Notes: generated by a model from the letters alone, not told the origin. A stretch of DNA of 64,000 nt from a bacterium (GCA_040390065.1 JAZJZE010000009.1:96001-160000); one strand, 5' to 3'. Counted from the stretch's first letter, positions 9,781 to 20,201 are shown. Numbers and translations are program-made.

Positions 9781-11327
9781 CAGTGCACCCCCAACAGGGC
9801 AAGCGTCGAACCGGTCCAGTCGTTGATCTGGCCCATGAGGAGCCCGGGCAGGATGCCAAAGAGCAAGGCCAACGCGATGAGGGCCGCCATGCTCCACTGT
9901 TCCGTGCGCGGCACGTCATGCATGTGCTCCCAGTCGACGTCGACGTGGCGCACTTCGGGGCCGTAGAAGCCGCGCTGCAGGGCCCAAAGGTAGTAGCCGG
10001 CGGTGATGAGGATGCTCCAGATGGGGATGAGGATGAGCCACCCGTAGTGGATCCAGATGCCGGCGAAGATGGTGAACTCGGCGACGAAGCCCATCAGGCC
10101 CGGCAGTCCAAGGGATGCCAGAAACAGCGTGGCCGTGAGGCCGGTCAGCTTGGGGACGCGCACACCGATGCCGCCGAGCTTGCTGATGCTGCGCGTGCCG
10201 GTCGAGTGCTGCAGCGAACCGGCGGCCATGAACATGCCTGCCGAGATGATGCCGTGCGCGATGTTCATGAATGCCGCGCCAGCAAATCCGAGGGGCGTCA
10301 TCGTCGCAAGCGCGATCGTGATGAGGCCCATGTGCGAGACGGACGAGTACGCAATCAGGGACTTGAGGTCGTCCTGGGCGAGGCAGAGGAAGGCGCCGTA
10401 GATGACGGAGACCGTGCCGAGGACGAAGAAGGCCCACTGGTACGACCAGTCGAAGGACAGCGGGCCGAGGTGCACGTGGTTCATCGTGGTGAACGCTGTG
10501 CCCAGCATCGGGATGGCGATGCGCATGAGGCCGTAGGAGCCCATCTTCAGGAGAACGCCGGCCAGGATGACGGAGCCGGCCGTGGGCGCTTGCACGTGCG
10601 CATCGGGCAGCCACGTGTGGAAGGGCGCGCTTGGCATCTTGACGAGGAAACCTACGGCGAGGAGGCCGAAGACCATGAGTCCGATGTCCTTGGCGATCTC
10701 GCCGCCCGGCGACGTCATGTGCGCCGTCAACTCGGGGATCGAGAAGGTGCCTTGGCCGGCGGCGAAGTAGACGGCCATGAAGCCGACCAGCATGATGAGC
10801 GACGCCGTGCCGGTGTAGATGAAGAACTTCGCCGACGCGTAGCGACGGTTCGGCCCGCCCCAGATGGCGATGAGGAAATACATTGGGATGAGGACGAATT
10901 CCCAGAAGATGTAGAACAGGAACAGGTCCAGGCTGGTGAAGACGCCCATCACGGTTGCGTCCATGAGGACAAGCAGGGCGAAGAAGAGGCGCGGCCGGTT
11001 CGTCTCATGCCACGAGTAGAGGATGACAAGGGGTGTCAAGACCGCCGTGAGCCAAGCGAGGCTTGCGGACAGGCCGTCGACACCGAATTCCAGGTGCGCA
11101 CCGAGTGCCGGGATCCAATCCCACTGAGAATAGAAGGCGTAACTGTGGCCGGCGATGGGGCCGAAGCCGGTCTTCCACATGATGACGCTCGTCACGGCGA
11201 GGGCGGGAAGCGAAGCGATGAGGGCGACGAGGCGGCTGTTGCGGTTGGATGACGAGTAGGTCGCAAGCGCGCCAAGCAGCGTGATGCCGATGGTGACCGG
11301 GATGAGGGATTGCATGTCGATGTCCAT
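9780..11327 (-). CDS. nuoM: Complex I-like subunit M
   Basis: FYIFWE, PFHTWLPDAHVQAPT, LLKMGSYG, IAYSSVSHMG. Confidence 0.96.
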   Translation of the reverse strand: MDIDMQSLIPVTIGITLLGALATYSSSNRNSRLVALIASLPALAVTSVIMWKTGFGPIAGHSYAFYSQWDWIPALGAHLEFGVDGLSASLAWLTAVLTPLVILYSWHETNRPRLFFALLVLMDATVMGVFTSLDLFLFYIFWEFVLIPMYFLIAIWGGPNRRYASAKFFIYTGTASLIMLVGFMAVYFAAGQGTFSIPELTAHMTSPGGEIAKDIGLMVFGLLAVGFLVKMPSAPFHTWLPDAHVQAPTAGSVILAGVLLKMGSYGLMRIAIPMLGTAFTTMNHVHLGPLSFDWSYQWAFFVLGTVSVIYGAFLCLAQDDLKSLIAYSSVSHMGLITIALATMTPLGFAGAAFMNIAHGIISAGMFMAAGSLQHSTGTRSISKLGGIGVRVPKLTGLTATLFLASLGLPGLMGFVAEFTIFAGIWIHYGWLILIPIWSILITAGYYLWALQRGFYGPEVRHVDVDWEHMHDVPRTEQWSMAALIALALLFGILPGLLMGQINDWTGSTLALLGVH

Positions 11328-13366
11328 CACGACCACCTCACGCGCAGGACGACTTCATGCAGGAAGACGAGCAGGAGGGCGACGCCAATGGCGATGGACG
11401 CCATGTACGTGGACAGGCGGCCGTCTTGCCAACGGCGGGCCCGAGCGCCGGCGTTGTCGGTGCGGTTCGCGATGCCGTTGACGGCGCCGTCGATGCCGCG
11501 CTTGTCGAACCAGTTGGCGACCTTGGCCGTCCCGTAGGCGAGCGTGTTGCCAAGGGGCTCGTAGATGGCCTCTGTCACGTAGTAGCGGCGGTAGAGGAGG
11601 CCGCGCCAGCCGCGAGTCGGTGTCGCGACTTCGTCGGCGGGCAGGCCGGCCGCGTAGCGCATGCGGGCAAACCAGATGCCGGCGACTGCGACGGCCAGGC
11701 TGAGGTACGTCATCCACGCGTTCGGGCCGAGGAAGAAGTTGTGCAGAAGCTCTCCCGTCGGCTCGATCTCGAGTTCGCCCGGCAGGTCCGCCGAGTATGG
11801 GTAGTGGATGATGCCGCTGAAGCCCGGGCCCGCAACGAGCCAGAGGCCCGACACGGCGGCGGCGACGGCGAGGATGGCCAAGGGCACGGTCATGACGGAG
11901 GGCGATTCGTGGGCGTGCTCCGCATGCTCGGTGCGCGGTTTGCCGTAGAAGGCGAGGTACATCATGCGGAACATGTAGAACGCCGTGAGGAGGGCTGTGA
12001 GGATGCCCATGACCCAGAGCAGGAAGAAGACGGAGTTCGTGTTGCCGGCCGAGAAGGCGGTCTCGAGGACCTGGTCCTTGCTCCAGAAGCCGGAGAGGGG
12101 AATGATGCCAGCGATGCTGAGGCTGCCGATGAGCATCGTGACGTGCGTCGTCTTCATCTTCTTGGCAAGGCCGCCCATCTCGCGCAAGTCTTGGTGGTGA
12201 TGCAGGCCCAGGATGACGGAGGCGCTGCCCAAGAACAGGAGGGCCTTGAAGAAAGCGTGGTTCATGAGGTGCAGCATCGCAGCCGTGAAGCCGGCCCCGG
12301 AGCCCGTGTGCAGATACAGGACGCCGCCAGCACCGAGGGCGAGGAACATGTAGCCGAGCTGCGACAGCGTCGAGAAGGCCAGCACGCGCTTGATGTCCGT
12401 CGCCGCAATCGCCATGGTCGCCGTGTAGAGTGCCGTGAAGCCGCCCACGACGCCGATCAAGAGGAACAGGTTGTCGCCGGAGATGACGAGAAGCGGCCAA
12501 CTGCGGGCGACGAGGAAGACGCCGCCCTTCACCATCGTGGCGGCGTGGATGAGCGCCGACACGGTCGTCGGGCCTTCCATGGCGTCCGGCAGCCACAAGT
12601 CGAGGGGGAACTGCGCTGACTTGCCCACGGCGCCGCCGAAGATGAACAGGCCGGCCCAGAACAGGGTCTCCTTGTGCGCCGCGAGGTCCGCATGGAACAA
12701 GTCGCGATAGTTGAACGTGTGGAACGTCGTGAACAGCATCACGATGCCGAGGAAGAGGAAGATGTCGCCGAGGCGCGTGACGAGGAACGCCTTCTTCGCG
12801 GCAATTGCGGCGGATTGCTTGTGGTACCAGTAGCCGATGAGGAGGTACGAGCACACGCCCATCACTTCCCACCCGATGAACATGAGGAGGTAGTTGTCCA
12901 TCGTCACGGTGGCGAGCATGCCGGCGACGAACAGGGACTTGACCGCGTAGTAGCGGCGCAACTTCTCGTCCGTCTCGTCGGCAAGGTACGCCGTCGAGAA
13001 GATGATGATGAGGAGCGACAGCAGCGAGACCAGGGTCATGAGCCAGACGCTGAGATTGTCCAGCAGGAGGCCCACCGTGAACGGGTACCCGCCGGTGCCG
13101 GCGGCGCCGACGCGGAACCATTCAACCTGCCAGCCGAGGGGTTCGCCCCCCTGCAGCATGCGCCAGAAGAACAGCAGCGACAGGACGAGCGAGCCGCCGA
13201 CGGCGGCAATGGACAGGATGGCGCCGCCCCGCCACATCTTCTTGCCGACGAGGAAGATGAGGGCCGCGGCGATGACCGGCAGCAGGGGAATGAGGATGGC
13301 CTCCCATTGCTGGGCGCCGGCCGCGAGTTGCATGGGCTGGATGGATCCGGTTAGTTCGTCTGCCAT
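11327..13366 (-). CDS. nuoL: Complex I-like subunit L
   Basis: GKSAQFPL..WLPDAMEGPTTVSALIHAATMV, HAFFKALLF. Confidence 0.96.
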   Translation of the reverse strand: MADELTGSIQPMQLAAGAQQWEAILIPLLPVIAAALIFLVGKKMWRGGAILSIAAVGGSLVLSLLFFWRMLQGGEPLGWQVEWFRVGAAGTGGYPFTVGLLLDNLSVWLMTLVSLLSLLIIIFSTAYLADETDEKLRRYYAVKSLFVAGMLATVTMDNYLLMFIGWEVMGVCSYLLIGYWYHKQSAAIAAKKAFLVTRLGDIFLFLGIVMLFTTFHTFNYRDLFHADLAAHKETLFWAGLFIFGGAVGKSAQFPLDLWLPDAMEGPTTVSALIHAATMVKGGVFLVARSWPLLVISGDNLFLLIGVVGGFTALYTATMAIAATDIKRVLAFSTLSQLGYMFLALGAGGVLYLHTGSGAGFTAAMLHLMNHAFFKALLFLGSASVILGLHHHQDLREMGGLAKKMKTTHVTMLIGSLSIAGIIPLSGFWSKDQVLETAFSAGNTNSVFFLLWVMGILTALLTAFYMFRMMYLAFYGKPRTEHAEHAHESPSVMTVPLAILAVAAAVSGLWLVAGPGFSGIIHYPYSADLPGELEIEPTGELLHNFFLGPNAWMTYLSLAVAVAGIWFARMRYAAGLPADEVATPTRGWRGLLYRRYYVTEAIYEPLGNTLAYGTAKVANWFDKRGIDGAVNGIANRTDNAGARARRWQDGRLSTYMASIAIGVALLLVFLHEVVLRVRWS

Positions 13367-13367
13367 G

Positions 13368-13670
13368 TCACCACCTCAACATGCTGCTCTGGTCGATGTC
13401 GACGGACCGCGCGTGGCGGTAGAAGTGGATGTAGATGCCAAGGCCCACGGCGGCTTCGGCCGCAGCCAGCGCGATGGCGAACAGCGTGATGATGAGACCG
13501 TTTCCATCCCCGTGGTAGTTGGCGAAGGCGACGAAGTTGATGTTCGCGGCGTTGAGGACGAGTTCGACGGCCACCAGCACGCGCAGGGCGTTACGTTGCG
13601 TGAGCAGACCGAAGACACCGATGGCGAGCAGCGCCATGGCAAGGCCGACGGTCCACGACAGCGGAATCAT
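13368..13670 (-). CDS. nuoK: Complex I-like subunit K
   Basis: VELVLNAANINF, AAAEAAVGL. Confidence 0.95.
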   Translation of the reverse strand: MIPLSWTVGLAMALLAIGVFGLLTQRNALRVLVAVELVLNAANINFVAFANYHGDGNGLIITLFAIALAAAEAAVGLGIYIHFYRHARSVDIDQSSMLRW

Positions 13671-14563
13671 TTTCCGACCTCCGCAGCGGTCGGGTGCAAC
13701 GAGGGGTCGCTTGCGCGCTGCGATTCGGTGACCTCAGCGCGGGTGATTGCGGAGTAGCGGTCCTTGTCTGCCATGCCCGTCATGGGGCGCGCGATGACGA
13801 GGGCGCCGATCATGACGGCCGTGAGGAGCACGCCGAGGACCTCGAGGGCAACGACCTGGCCGGAGAACAGCAGCGTCACGACGGAGTCGAGGTCATTCGC
13901 TGCAGTCTGGTTGGCGTCGGTCGGCGACGCTTGCCAGGCCGTCGTTCCCATGGCGATGGCGAGCAGCAGGCCCAGGATGACGGCACTGACCACGACGCCG
14001 AGGATGCGCTGCGGCGTCCAGTTGTAGACGACGTGGCGCACACCCAACCAGATGACGATGGCCGCGACGACGAGGAAGACGAGGTACAAGATGGACGCGG
14101 TGAAGCCGGCGCCTTGGCCGGGCCAGTTGTCGACGCCGCGAGCCAGCAGGTTGGCGGCCTTGACGTAGATGTCGAAGACGCTCGGTAGGACTTTGGGCAG
14201 GCCGAACAGGCCGCCGAAGGCCCACCACATGACAAGGGGCACCATGGCGACGCCGGCGAGGATTCCCCAGGCCGAGCTGCGCGGCGGTGCGACGTAGGCG
14301 TCGGCTTCCTTCTCGTCGCCGGCCACGAACATGACGGCAAAGACGAACAGGGTCAGGATGCCGCCGACGTAGACGAGGATCTGGATGACACCGATGAGGG
14401 GCGAACCGAGCAGGATGAAGAGCGACGCCACCGACACGAGGGTGACGCCGAGGAACATGACGGAGTGGAAGGTGCGCTTGACCATCGACGAGGCGAGGCC
14501 GGAACCGAGGATGACGGCCGCGATGATGCCGAAGGCGACCGTCTCGCCCAGGTCGGCAGTCAC
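13667..14563 (-). CDS. nuoJ: Complex I-like subunit J with internal insertion
   Basis: QILVYVGGI..LFVFAVM and C-terminal EVLGVLLTAVMIGALVIA; GTG overlaps the nuoI stop. Confidence 0.9.
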   Translation of the reverse strand: MTADLGETVAFGIIAAVILGSGLASSMVKRTFHSVMFLGVTLVSVASLFILLGSPLIGVIQILVYVGGILTLFVFAVMFVAGDEKEADAYVAPPRSSAWGILAGVAMVPLVMWWAFGGLFGLPKVLPSVFDIYVKAANLLARGVDNWPGQGAGFTASILYLVFLVVAAIVIWLGVRHVVYNWTPQRILGVVVSAVILGLLLAIAMGTTAWQASPTDANQTAANDLDSVVTLLFSGQVVALEVLGVLLTAVMIGALVIARPMTGMADKDRYSAITRAEVTESQRASDPSLHPTAAEVGK

Positions 14564-14994
14564 TTGAATGGCCCCCGGCCGAGGCTTGCTTCGTTCTGGC
14601 TGAGGCGGTCGGGTTTGTAGTCGAAGTCGCGCACGTAGGCGGCGGTCTCGAACTCCTTGCCCATGCGGATCGAGTCCGTCGGGCAGGCCTCTTCGCAGAG
14701 GCTGCAGTACATGCACTTGGAGATCTCGACGGCGGGGAATTTCTTGCGCTTGTTCTGCGGCGTGTCGAACCCCGGGTCGTAGTCGACCATGTAGCACGAG
14801 CCGTTCGGGCAAGCCTGTGCGCAAAGGGTGCAGCCGATGCAGGTCTCGAGTTTGAGGTAGATGCGGCCGCGGAAGCGGTCCGCGACGGGGCGTTTCTCCT
14901 CGGGGTACTGGATGGTCACGGGCTTCTTGAAGAAGTGCGACAGGGTGACGCCCATGCCTTGTAGGATTGGGACGAGGGGGACGCGGTTCCTCAT
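14560..14994 (-). CDS. nuoI: Complex I-like subunit I (2x[4Fe-4S])
   Basis: TIQYPEE, CIGCTLCAQACP, CMYCSLCEEACP. Confidence 0.96.
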   Translation of the reverse strand: MRNRVPLVPILQGMGVTLSHFFKKPVTIQYPEEKRPVADRFRGRIYLKLETCIGCTLCAQACPNGSCYMVDYDPGFDTPQNKRKKFPAVEISKCMYCSLCEEACPTDSIRMGKEFETAAYVRDFDYKPDRLSQNEASLGRGPFK

Positions 14995-16067
14995 GCGAGC
15001 ACCCCCGTCTTCAGGAGGACGGCCACCATGACAAAGTTGGCAAGCGACAAGGGCAACATGACTTTCCAGGCAACGGCGAGGTACTGGTCGACGCGGACGC
15101 GGGGCAGCGTCGCCCACACCCAGAAGACGACGAAGGACATGAGGAGGGACTTGCCGAGGAACCACAGGACCGGCGTGAATTCGCCGACGAGGTGGTTGAG
15201 GGCCGGCACTTGCGCGCCGAACGGTGCCTGCCAACCGCCGAGGTAGAGCGTCGTGATCATGGCCGAAACGAAGAAGACGTTCGAGAACAGGACGACGAAG
15301 AACATTCCGAAGCGCATGGCTGAATATTCCGTCGTGAATCCTGCGACGAGTTCGGACTCGGATTCAGCGAGGTCCGTCGGGACGAGGCCGGCTTTGGCAA
15401 GCGCCGTCACGAAGAAGATGCCGAAGCCGATGATCTGCGGGAACAGGAACCACAGGCGGGACTGGTGCTCGACGATGGCGTTCGTGTCCAGGCTGCTCAC
15501 TTGCAGGATGATGGCAGCGACGGCGAAGACCATCGGGATCTCGTAACTCACGTCGAGGGCGGCCGCCCGCACGCCGCCGTACAGCGCGTACTTGTTGTTG
15601 GAGCCCCAGCCGGCCAGGATCTCGGCCAGCGGCGCGATGGCACCCATGGCCAAGATGAGGAGAATGCCGGTGCCAGCGTTGGAGAAGATGAGGTTGTGCG
15701 ACCAGGGGATGGGCGCCCATGCCATGACGGTGAACACGATGGCCACGTACAGCGCCGACGTCCAGGCGAGCCGGTCCGCCTTCGCGGGGCGAACGTCCTC
15801 CTTCGAGATGAGTTTCGCGCCGTCCGCGAGGAACTGGAAGATGCCCTGCGGGCCGACGCGATTCGGGCCTGGGCGTTGCCCCATGCGGGCGAAGATGCGG
15901 CGGAAGGCGAAGGTGAAGACGCCGCCGATCGACAGGACGACGGTGAAGAGGATGACCGCCCCAATGAGGGACGCGACAAGGATGACGAGCCAGTCGGGCG
16001 GGTTCGCCATGCCGAGCATGCGCAGGACGGCGGCGATGAAATCGGCAAGAAGTCCCTTGTCGGTCAT
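14991..16067 (-). CDS. nuoH: Complex I-like subunit H
   Basis: RPGPNRVGP, ADGAKLISKE, DLAESESELVAGF.TEYS. Confidence 0.96.
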   Translation of the reverse strand: MTDKGLLADFIAAVLRMLGMANPPDWLVILVASLIGAVILFTVVLSIGGVFTFAFRRIFARMGQRPGPNRVGPQGIFQFLADGAKLISKEDVRPAKADRLAWTSALYVAIVFTVMAWAPIPWSHNLIFSNAGTGILLILAMGAIAPLAEILAGWGSNNKYALYGGVRAAALDVSYEIPMVFAVAAIILQVSSLDTNAIVEHQSRLWFLFPQIIGFGIFFVTALAKAGLVPTDLAESESELVAGFTTEYSAMRFGMFFVVLFSNVFFVSAMITTLYLGGWQAPFGAQVPALNHLVGEFTPVLWFLGKSLLMSFVVFWVWATLPRVRVDQYLAVAWKVMLPLSLANFVMVAVLLKTGVLA

Positions 16068-16071
16068 GGCG

Positions 16072-17256
16072 TCACCGGTCCACGTCGCCCAGCACGATGT
16101 CGATTGAACCAAGGCTCGCAATCAAGTCCGCGATCTTCTGGCCGCGCGCCATGATGGGAAGCACTTGCAGGTTGGCGAAGCTCGGCGCCTTGACGTGCAC
16201 CCGGAGCGGGTTCTGCTTGCCTTCGCCGATGACGTGGCAGCCGTACTCGCCCTTCGGGTGCTCGATGCGCGCGTACGCCTCGCCCTTGGCCTTGACACGC
16301 AGGATCTTGCCACCTGCATAGTCGGGGTTGAGGTGCAATCCGTCGAGCGAGCCGCCTTCCAGCTTGGCGATGACTTGCTCCAGGATGCGGCAGGACTGGA
16401 TCATCTCGGCCCAGCGCAGCTGCAGACGACCGTAGCAGTCCGACTGGTGCGTCGTCGGGACTTCGAAGTTGAGCTTGTCGTACACCGAGTAGGGCGCGGC
16501 CTTTCGCAGGTCGTGAGCGACGCCGGTGGCGCGCAGCATCGGACCCGTGATGCCCCAGTCCAAGGCCTGCTGGCGCGAGAGGGGGCCGGTTCCAGTGAGG
16601 CGCGAGAGGATGATGTCGTTCTTCTTCAGCAGCGTCTCGTAGGTGCGGACCTTTCCCGGCATCGCGTCCACGAATGCCTTCACGCGGGGCAGGTACGTTG
16701 CGTCCTGGGGCAAGTCGTACTTGACGCCGCCGAAGCGGAAGTAGTTGAACGTGAGGCGCGCGCCGCAGAGTTCCTCGAGGAAGCCCAGGATGTCCTCGCG
16801 TTCACGCAGGGCGTAGAACAACGGCGTGATTGCGCCGAGGTCCAGCATGAACGTGCCCATCCAGAAGAGGTGGTTGCACAGACGCGACAGTTCCGCCGCA
16901 AAGACCCGGATGTACTCCGCGCGCTCGGAGACGATCTGCTGCTGCGGCCCGCCAAGAAGCTTCTCGACGGCAAGCACGTAGCCGTGATTGTTGTGCATCG
17001 CCGAGATGTAGTCCATCCGGTCCGTGAGGGGGATGAACTTGATCCAATGCATGTTCTCCGCGATCTTCTCGCTGCCGCGGTGCAGGTACCCGATGATGGG
17101 CTCCACGTCGACGACGATCTCGCCGTCCAGCAACAGCTTGAGGCGCAGGACGCCGTGCGTCGAAGGGTGCTGCGGCCCCATGTTGAGCGTCATCAACTGC
17201 GACGCGGGAGCGGAGCCGTCGGGCATGGTCGGATTGACGAAATCGACGCGCGACAT
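16072..17256 (-). CDS. nuoD: Complex I-like subunit D
   Basis: NMGPQHPSTHGVLRL, GYLHRGSEK, terminal GDVDR. Confidence 0.96.
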   Translation of the reverse strand: MSRVDFVNPTMPDGSAPASQLMTLNMGPQHPSTHGVLRLKLLLDGEIVVDVEPIIGYLHRGSEKIAENMHWIKFIPLTDRMDYISAMHNNHGYVLAVEKLLGGPQQQIVSERAEYIRVFAAELSRLCNHLFWMGTFMLDLGAITPLFYALREREDILGFLEELCGARLTFNYFRFGGVKYDLPQDATYLPRVKAFVDAMPGKVRTYETLLKKNDIILSRLTGTGPLSRQQALDWGITGPMLRATGVAHDLRKAAPYSVYDKLNFEVPTTHQSDCYGRLQLRWAEMIQSCRILEQVIAKLEGGSLDGLHLNPDYAGGKILRVKAKGEAYARIEHPKGEYGCHVIGEGKQNPLRVHVKAPSFANLQVLPIMARGQKIADLIASLGSIDIVLGDVDR

Positions 17257-17981
17257 TACCAGGACCCCTCTTCCTGCGTCTTGTAGGTGATGTCCTCGCC
17301 GTCGCGCATCCCGACAAACTGTTCCGGCTCCTTGTAGTCCTTCCTCATCGGATAACCGGTCCAATCGGCCGGCAGGAACATGCGGCGGAGGTCCGGGTGG
17401 CCTTCGAACTTGATGCCGTACATGTCGTACATCTCGCGCTCCTGCCAGTTTGCGGCGGGCCAGATGTCGCAAAGCGACGGCATCGATGGTTCGACGACGG
17501 CGCCGGCGGCGTCCTTCTTCGGCATGACGACGCGCAGGCGCATCTCGCCGAACTGGGCAGGCGACTCCGCGAGCTTCACGAAGGCGTACAGGACGCCGAA
17601 GTGGTCGCCGCGGTCATACGCCGACAAGAGCGACAAGTTGTGGTAGCCGAGCGCCTTGACCTCGGAGGCGACGGTGAACAAGCCATCCGGCGTGACCGTG
17701 AGCACGCCGACGCCGTCCTCGAGGACCTCGAACTTGACGACGTCCCCTGCATGCGCGTCGCGCACCATGGCGTAGTCGCCGGTCGGCTCGGGGGCTGGCT
17801 TGGGCGGCGGCGCGGCGGCAGCGGGCTTGGGGGGCGCAGCGGGCGCTGGGGCGGCAGAGGATGTCGGGGCGGGCGCCGCAAGAGGCATCGCCTTCTTCGC
17901 TGCGGCGCCGGGTGCGGCCACCGGGCCGTCGGCAGGCGTCGGCGTCTTCGGCGCTTTCGCAGGCGCAGGCGCATCGGCCAT
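17256..17981 (-). CDS. nuoC: Complex I-like subunit C with Pro/Ala-rich N-terminus
   Basis: ANWQEREMYDMYGIKFEGHPDLRR..GYPMRKDY. Confidence 0.95.
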   Translation of the reverse strand: MADAPAPAKAPKTPTPADGPVAAPGAAAKKAMPLAAPAPTSSAAPAPAAPPKPAAAAPPPKPAPEPTGDYAMVRDAHAGDVVKFEVLEDGVGVLTVTPDGLFTVASEVKALGYHNLSLLSAYDRGDHFGVLYAFVKLAESPAQFGEMRLRVVMPKKDAAGAVVEPSMPSLCDIWPAANWQEREMYDMYGIKFEGHPDLRRMFLPADWTGYPMRKDYKEPEQFVGMRDGEDITYKTQEEGSW

Positions 17982-18559
17982 CAGAAGCCCAACTCCAGGA
18001 TGGCGTTCTGGTCGCGGATCTTCTTCTGCAGCTTCTGCAAGCCGTCCAGCAGCGCCTCAGGCCGTGGCGGACAACCGGGGATGTACACGTCGACCGGGAC
18101 GATCTTGTCCACGCCCTTCACGACAAAGTACGAGTCCTGGTAAGGTCCGCCGTTCGTGGCGCAGGCACCCATCGCGATGACGTACTTCGGGTCCGCCATC
18201 TGGTCATACAGGACCTTGATGCGCGGCGCCATCTTCTTCGTCACAGTGCCCGGGACGATCATGAGGTCGCACTGACGCGGAGAGGCCCGCGACACCTCGG
18301 AGCCGAAGCGGCTCATGTCGAACGTGGAGCCCTGCGTGCCGATCATCTCGATGGCACAGCACGCCAAGCCGAACGTAAACGGCCAGAGAGAATTCGAGCG
18401 CCCCCAGTTGAAGATCTTCGAGGCGACCGTGAGGATGATGCCCTCCTTCTGCTCCTCCACGACGATGGGAATGCGCTCATCGGCATGGCGCGGATTGAAT
18501 TCAGGGAGCACCGGCGACGGAGCGAGAGCCGCAGGAGAAGTCGTGCTCTCCTCGCTCAT
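17981..18559 (-). CDS. nuoB: Complex I-like subunit B
   Basis: [27 protein letters not shown]. Confidence 0.96.
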   Translation of the reverse strand: MSEESTTSPAALAPSPVLPEFNPRHADERIPIVVEEQKEGIILTVASKIFNWGRSNSLWPFTFGLACCAIEMIGTQGSTFDMSRFGSEVSRASPRQCDLMIVPGTVTKKMAPRIKVLYDQMADPKYVIAMGACATNGGPYQDSYFVVKGVDKIVPVDVYIPGCPPRPEALLDGLQKLQKKIRDQNAILELGF

Positions 18560-18906
18560 TCCAGCGTCCTCCACTGCAGGAGGCGCTTCTTGATTTCATA
18601 CACGAAGCCGACCAAGATGAGGCCCACAAAGACCGCCATCGCGATGAGCGCCGCCTCGTTCACAACAGAGGACCGGAACTTGATGGCGAAGGGAATCACG
18701 AACATCGCCTCCACGTCGAAGATGAGGAACGTCAGGACGTACATGTAGTACTGGACATCGATGGGCCCGCGAGCCCCCGGCGTCGCCTTCTCGCCGCACT
18801 CGTACGACGAGACCTTCCCCGCATTGGCACGCTTGGGACCCAAGAACTTGTTGCCCACCAACGTGGCCAACACAAGGAGGAAAGCTACCAAGCCGAGGAT
18901 GGCCAT
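18556..18906 (-). CDS. nuoA: Complex I-like subunit A (may extend to an ACG at 18936)
   Basis: [22 protein letters not shown]. Confidence 0.93.
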   Translation of the reverse strand: MAILGLVAFLLVLATLVGNKFLGPKRANAGKVSSYECGEKATPGARGPIDVQYYMYVLTFLIFDVEAMFVIPFAIKFRSSVVNEAALIAMAVFVGLILVGFVYEIKKRLLQWRTLE

Positions 18907-19109
18907 TGGCAGGTAAGCAAGGGCGTCAGAAGCCGTTTTAATACCCCCTTCAGGCGGCTCGAAGATGGGGATGGTTAAAGGGGTTCCCGTCGCATTTTTC
19001 CAGAAGAAGGAAGGGTCGGCGGCGAGGGCGACGGACGGCCATGGCCGGCCTTGGACGGCGACGGACGTCCGCGAAACGCCTTATGCGCTCGCCAGAGGTC
19101 GGCGAATGC

Positions 19110-20201
19110 GTGTCGGAGGAGTTGGCCGAGATCATCCGAGAGGAGATCCGCGCTCGGGGGCCGATGCCGTTGTACCGTTGGATGTGGTTGTGTCTCTACC
19201 ATCCGCAACACGGCTACTACACGAAACCAAGACCGGACGGGCAGCGCATCACCGGGCCCGGGCGCGACGCGGACTTCGTGACGCCGCCGACGCTGCACCC
19301 ATTTTTCGGGGAGGCTATTGCCAAGGAATTGGCAGGCATGTGGCAGCAGGATGGGCGGCCAGCCGTGTTCCGGGTTCTGGAGTACGGCGGAGGTGAAGGG
19401 GGCCTCGCACGGGCGGCACTTGCATGGGCCGACCAAGCCGACCCTGGGTTTGCAGCAGCGGTTGCATGGCATCATGCTGAAATCTCGCCGTCACACCAGG
19501 CCGCAATCCTGCACGAAAAAGATTCCCGGGTGAAACTCCAGCCGACCCAGCTGTGGGGGGCACACCATCAACCCGCCGGGCTGCCGTGGCCATACGACGC
19601 CGTGCTCGCCTGCGAATATGTCGACGCCCTACCGGTCGATGTGCTTGAGGCGGTGGACAACGGGGCGTGGCGCCAGGTCGCCGTGGAATCCAATGCCTCC
19701 GGGTTTGCCGAGGTCTTGATCGAACCCAGGGGTCTGCCGTTGCCTGAGCGTGGAGCCCCCGGCGAGCGCCGCCTCGTCGAAAGTGAGGTTCAGTATTGGG
19801 TCGAAGACGCCGTGGAGCCCGGCCGGACTAGGCATATGCTGGTTGTCGATTACGGAGCTCGTGGGATGCCAGCCGACCTCCGGGGATTTCGGTCTCATGC
19901 TGCCGCATCGTTCCTCGACCGCCCCGGAGACACTGACATTACGCGGTCAGTGGACTTCGAGGCCCTTCGTTTCGAAGTGGAATGCAATCCGGAGCCAAAC
20001 GGGCTGGTGGAGACCTCCTTCGAAACCCTCGAATCCTTCCTCCTTCGCCACGGCGTCCTCGACGAGCTCAACGCCATCGACCGCTCCACGCCCGGAGGCG
20101 CCTCCTCCTACCTCCGCCTCCGCCAACTCCTCCTTCCCACTGGACTCGGCGCGGCGTTCAAAGTGCAACGGTTCGACCGCATCCCAGCGAAGCAGGACTA
20201 A
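19110..20201 (+). CDS. MidA/NDUFAF7-like SAM-dependent methyltransferase
   Basis: GYY..., DFVTPP..FGE, LEYGGGEG, EYVDALP, DYG, PGDTDIT..VDF follow the family motif order; CTTATG box upstream of GTG. Confidence 0.85.
   Translation: MSEELAEIIREEIRARGPMPLYRWMWLCLYHPQHGYYTKPRPDGQRITGPGRDADFVTPPTLHPFFGEAIAKELAGMWQQDGRPAVFRVLEYGGGEGGLARAALAWADQADPGFAAAVAWHHAEISPSHQAAILHEKDSRVKLQPTQLWGAHHQPAGLPWPYDAVLACEYVDALPVDVLEAVDNGAWRQVAVESNASGFAEVLIEPRGLPLPERGAPGERRLVESEVQYWVEDAVEPGRTRHMLVVDYGARGMPADLRGFRSHAAASFLDRPGDTDITRSVDFEALRFEVECNPEPNGLVETSFETLESFLLRHGVLDELNAIDRSTPGGASSYLRLRQLLLPTGLGAAFKVQRFDRIPAKQD

Noticed and set aside
7987-18906. Absence of nuoEFG as a novelty
   Set aside because: 11-subunit complex I-like operons are well known in archaea.
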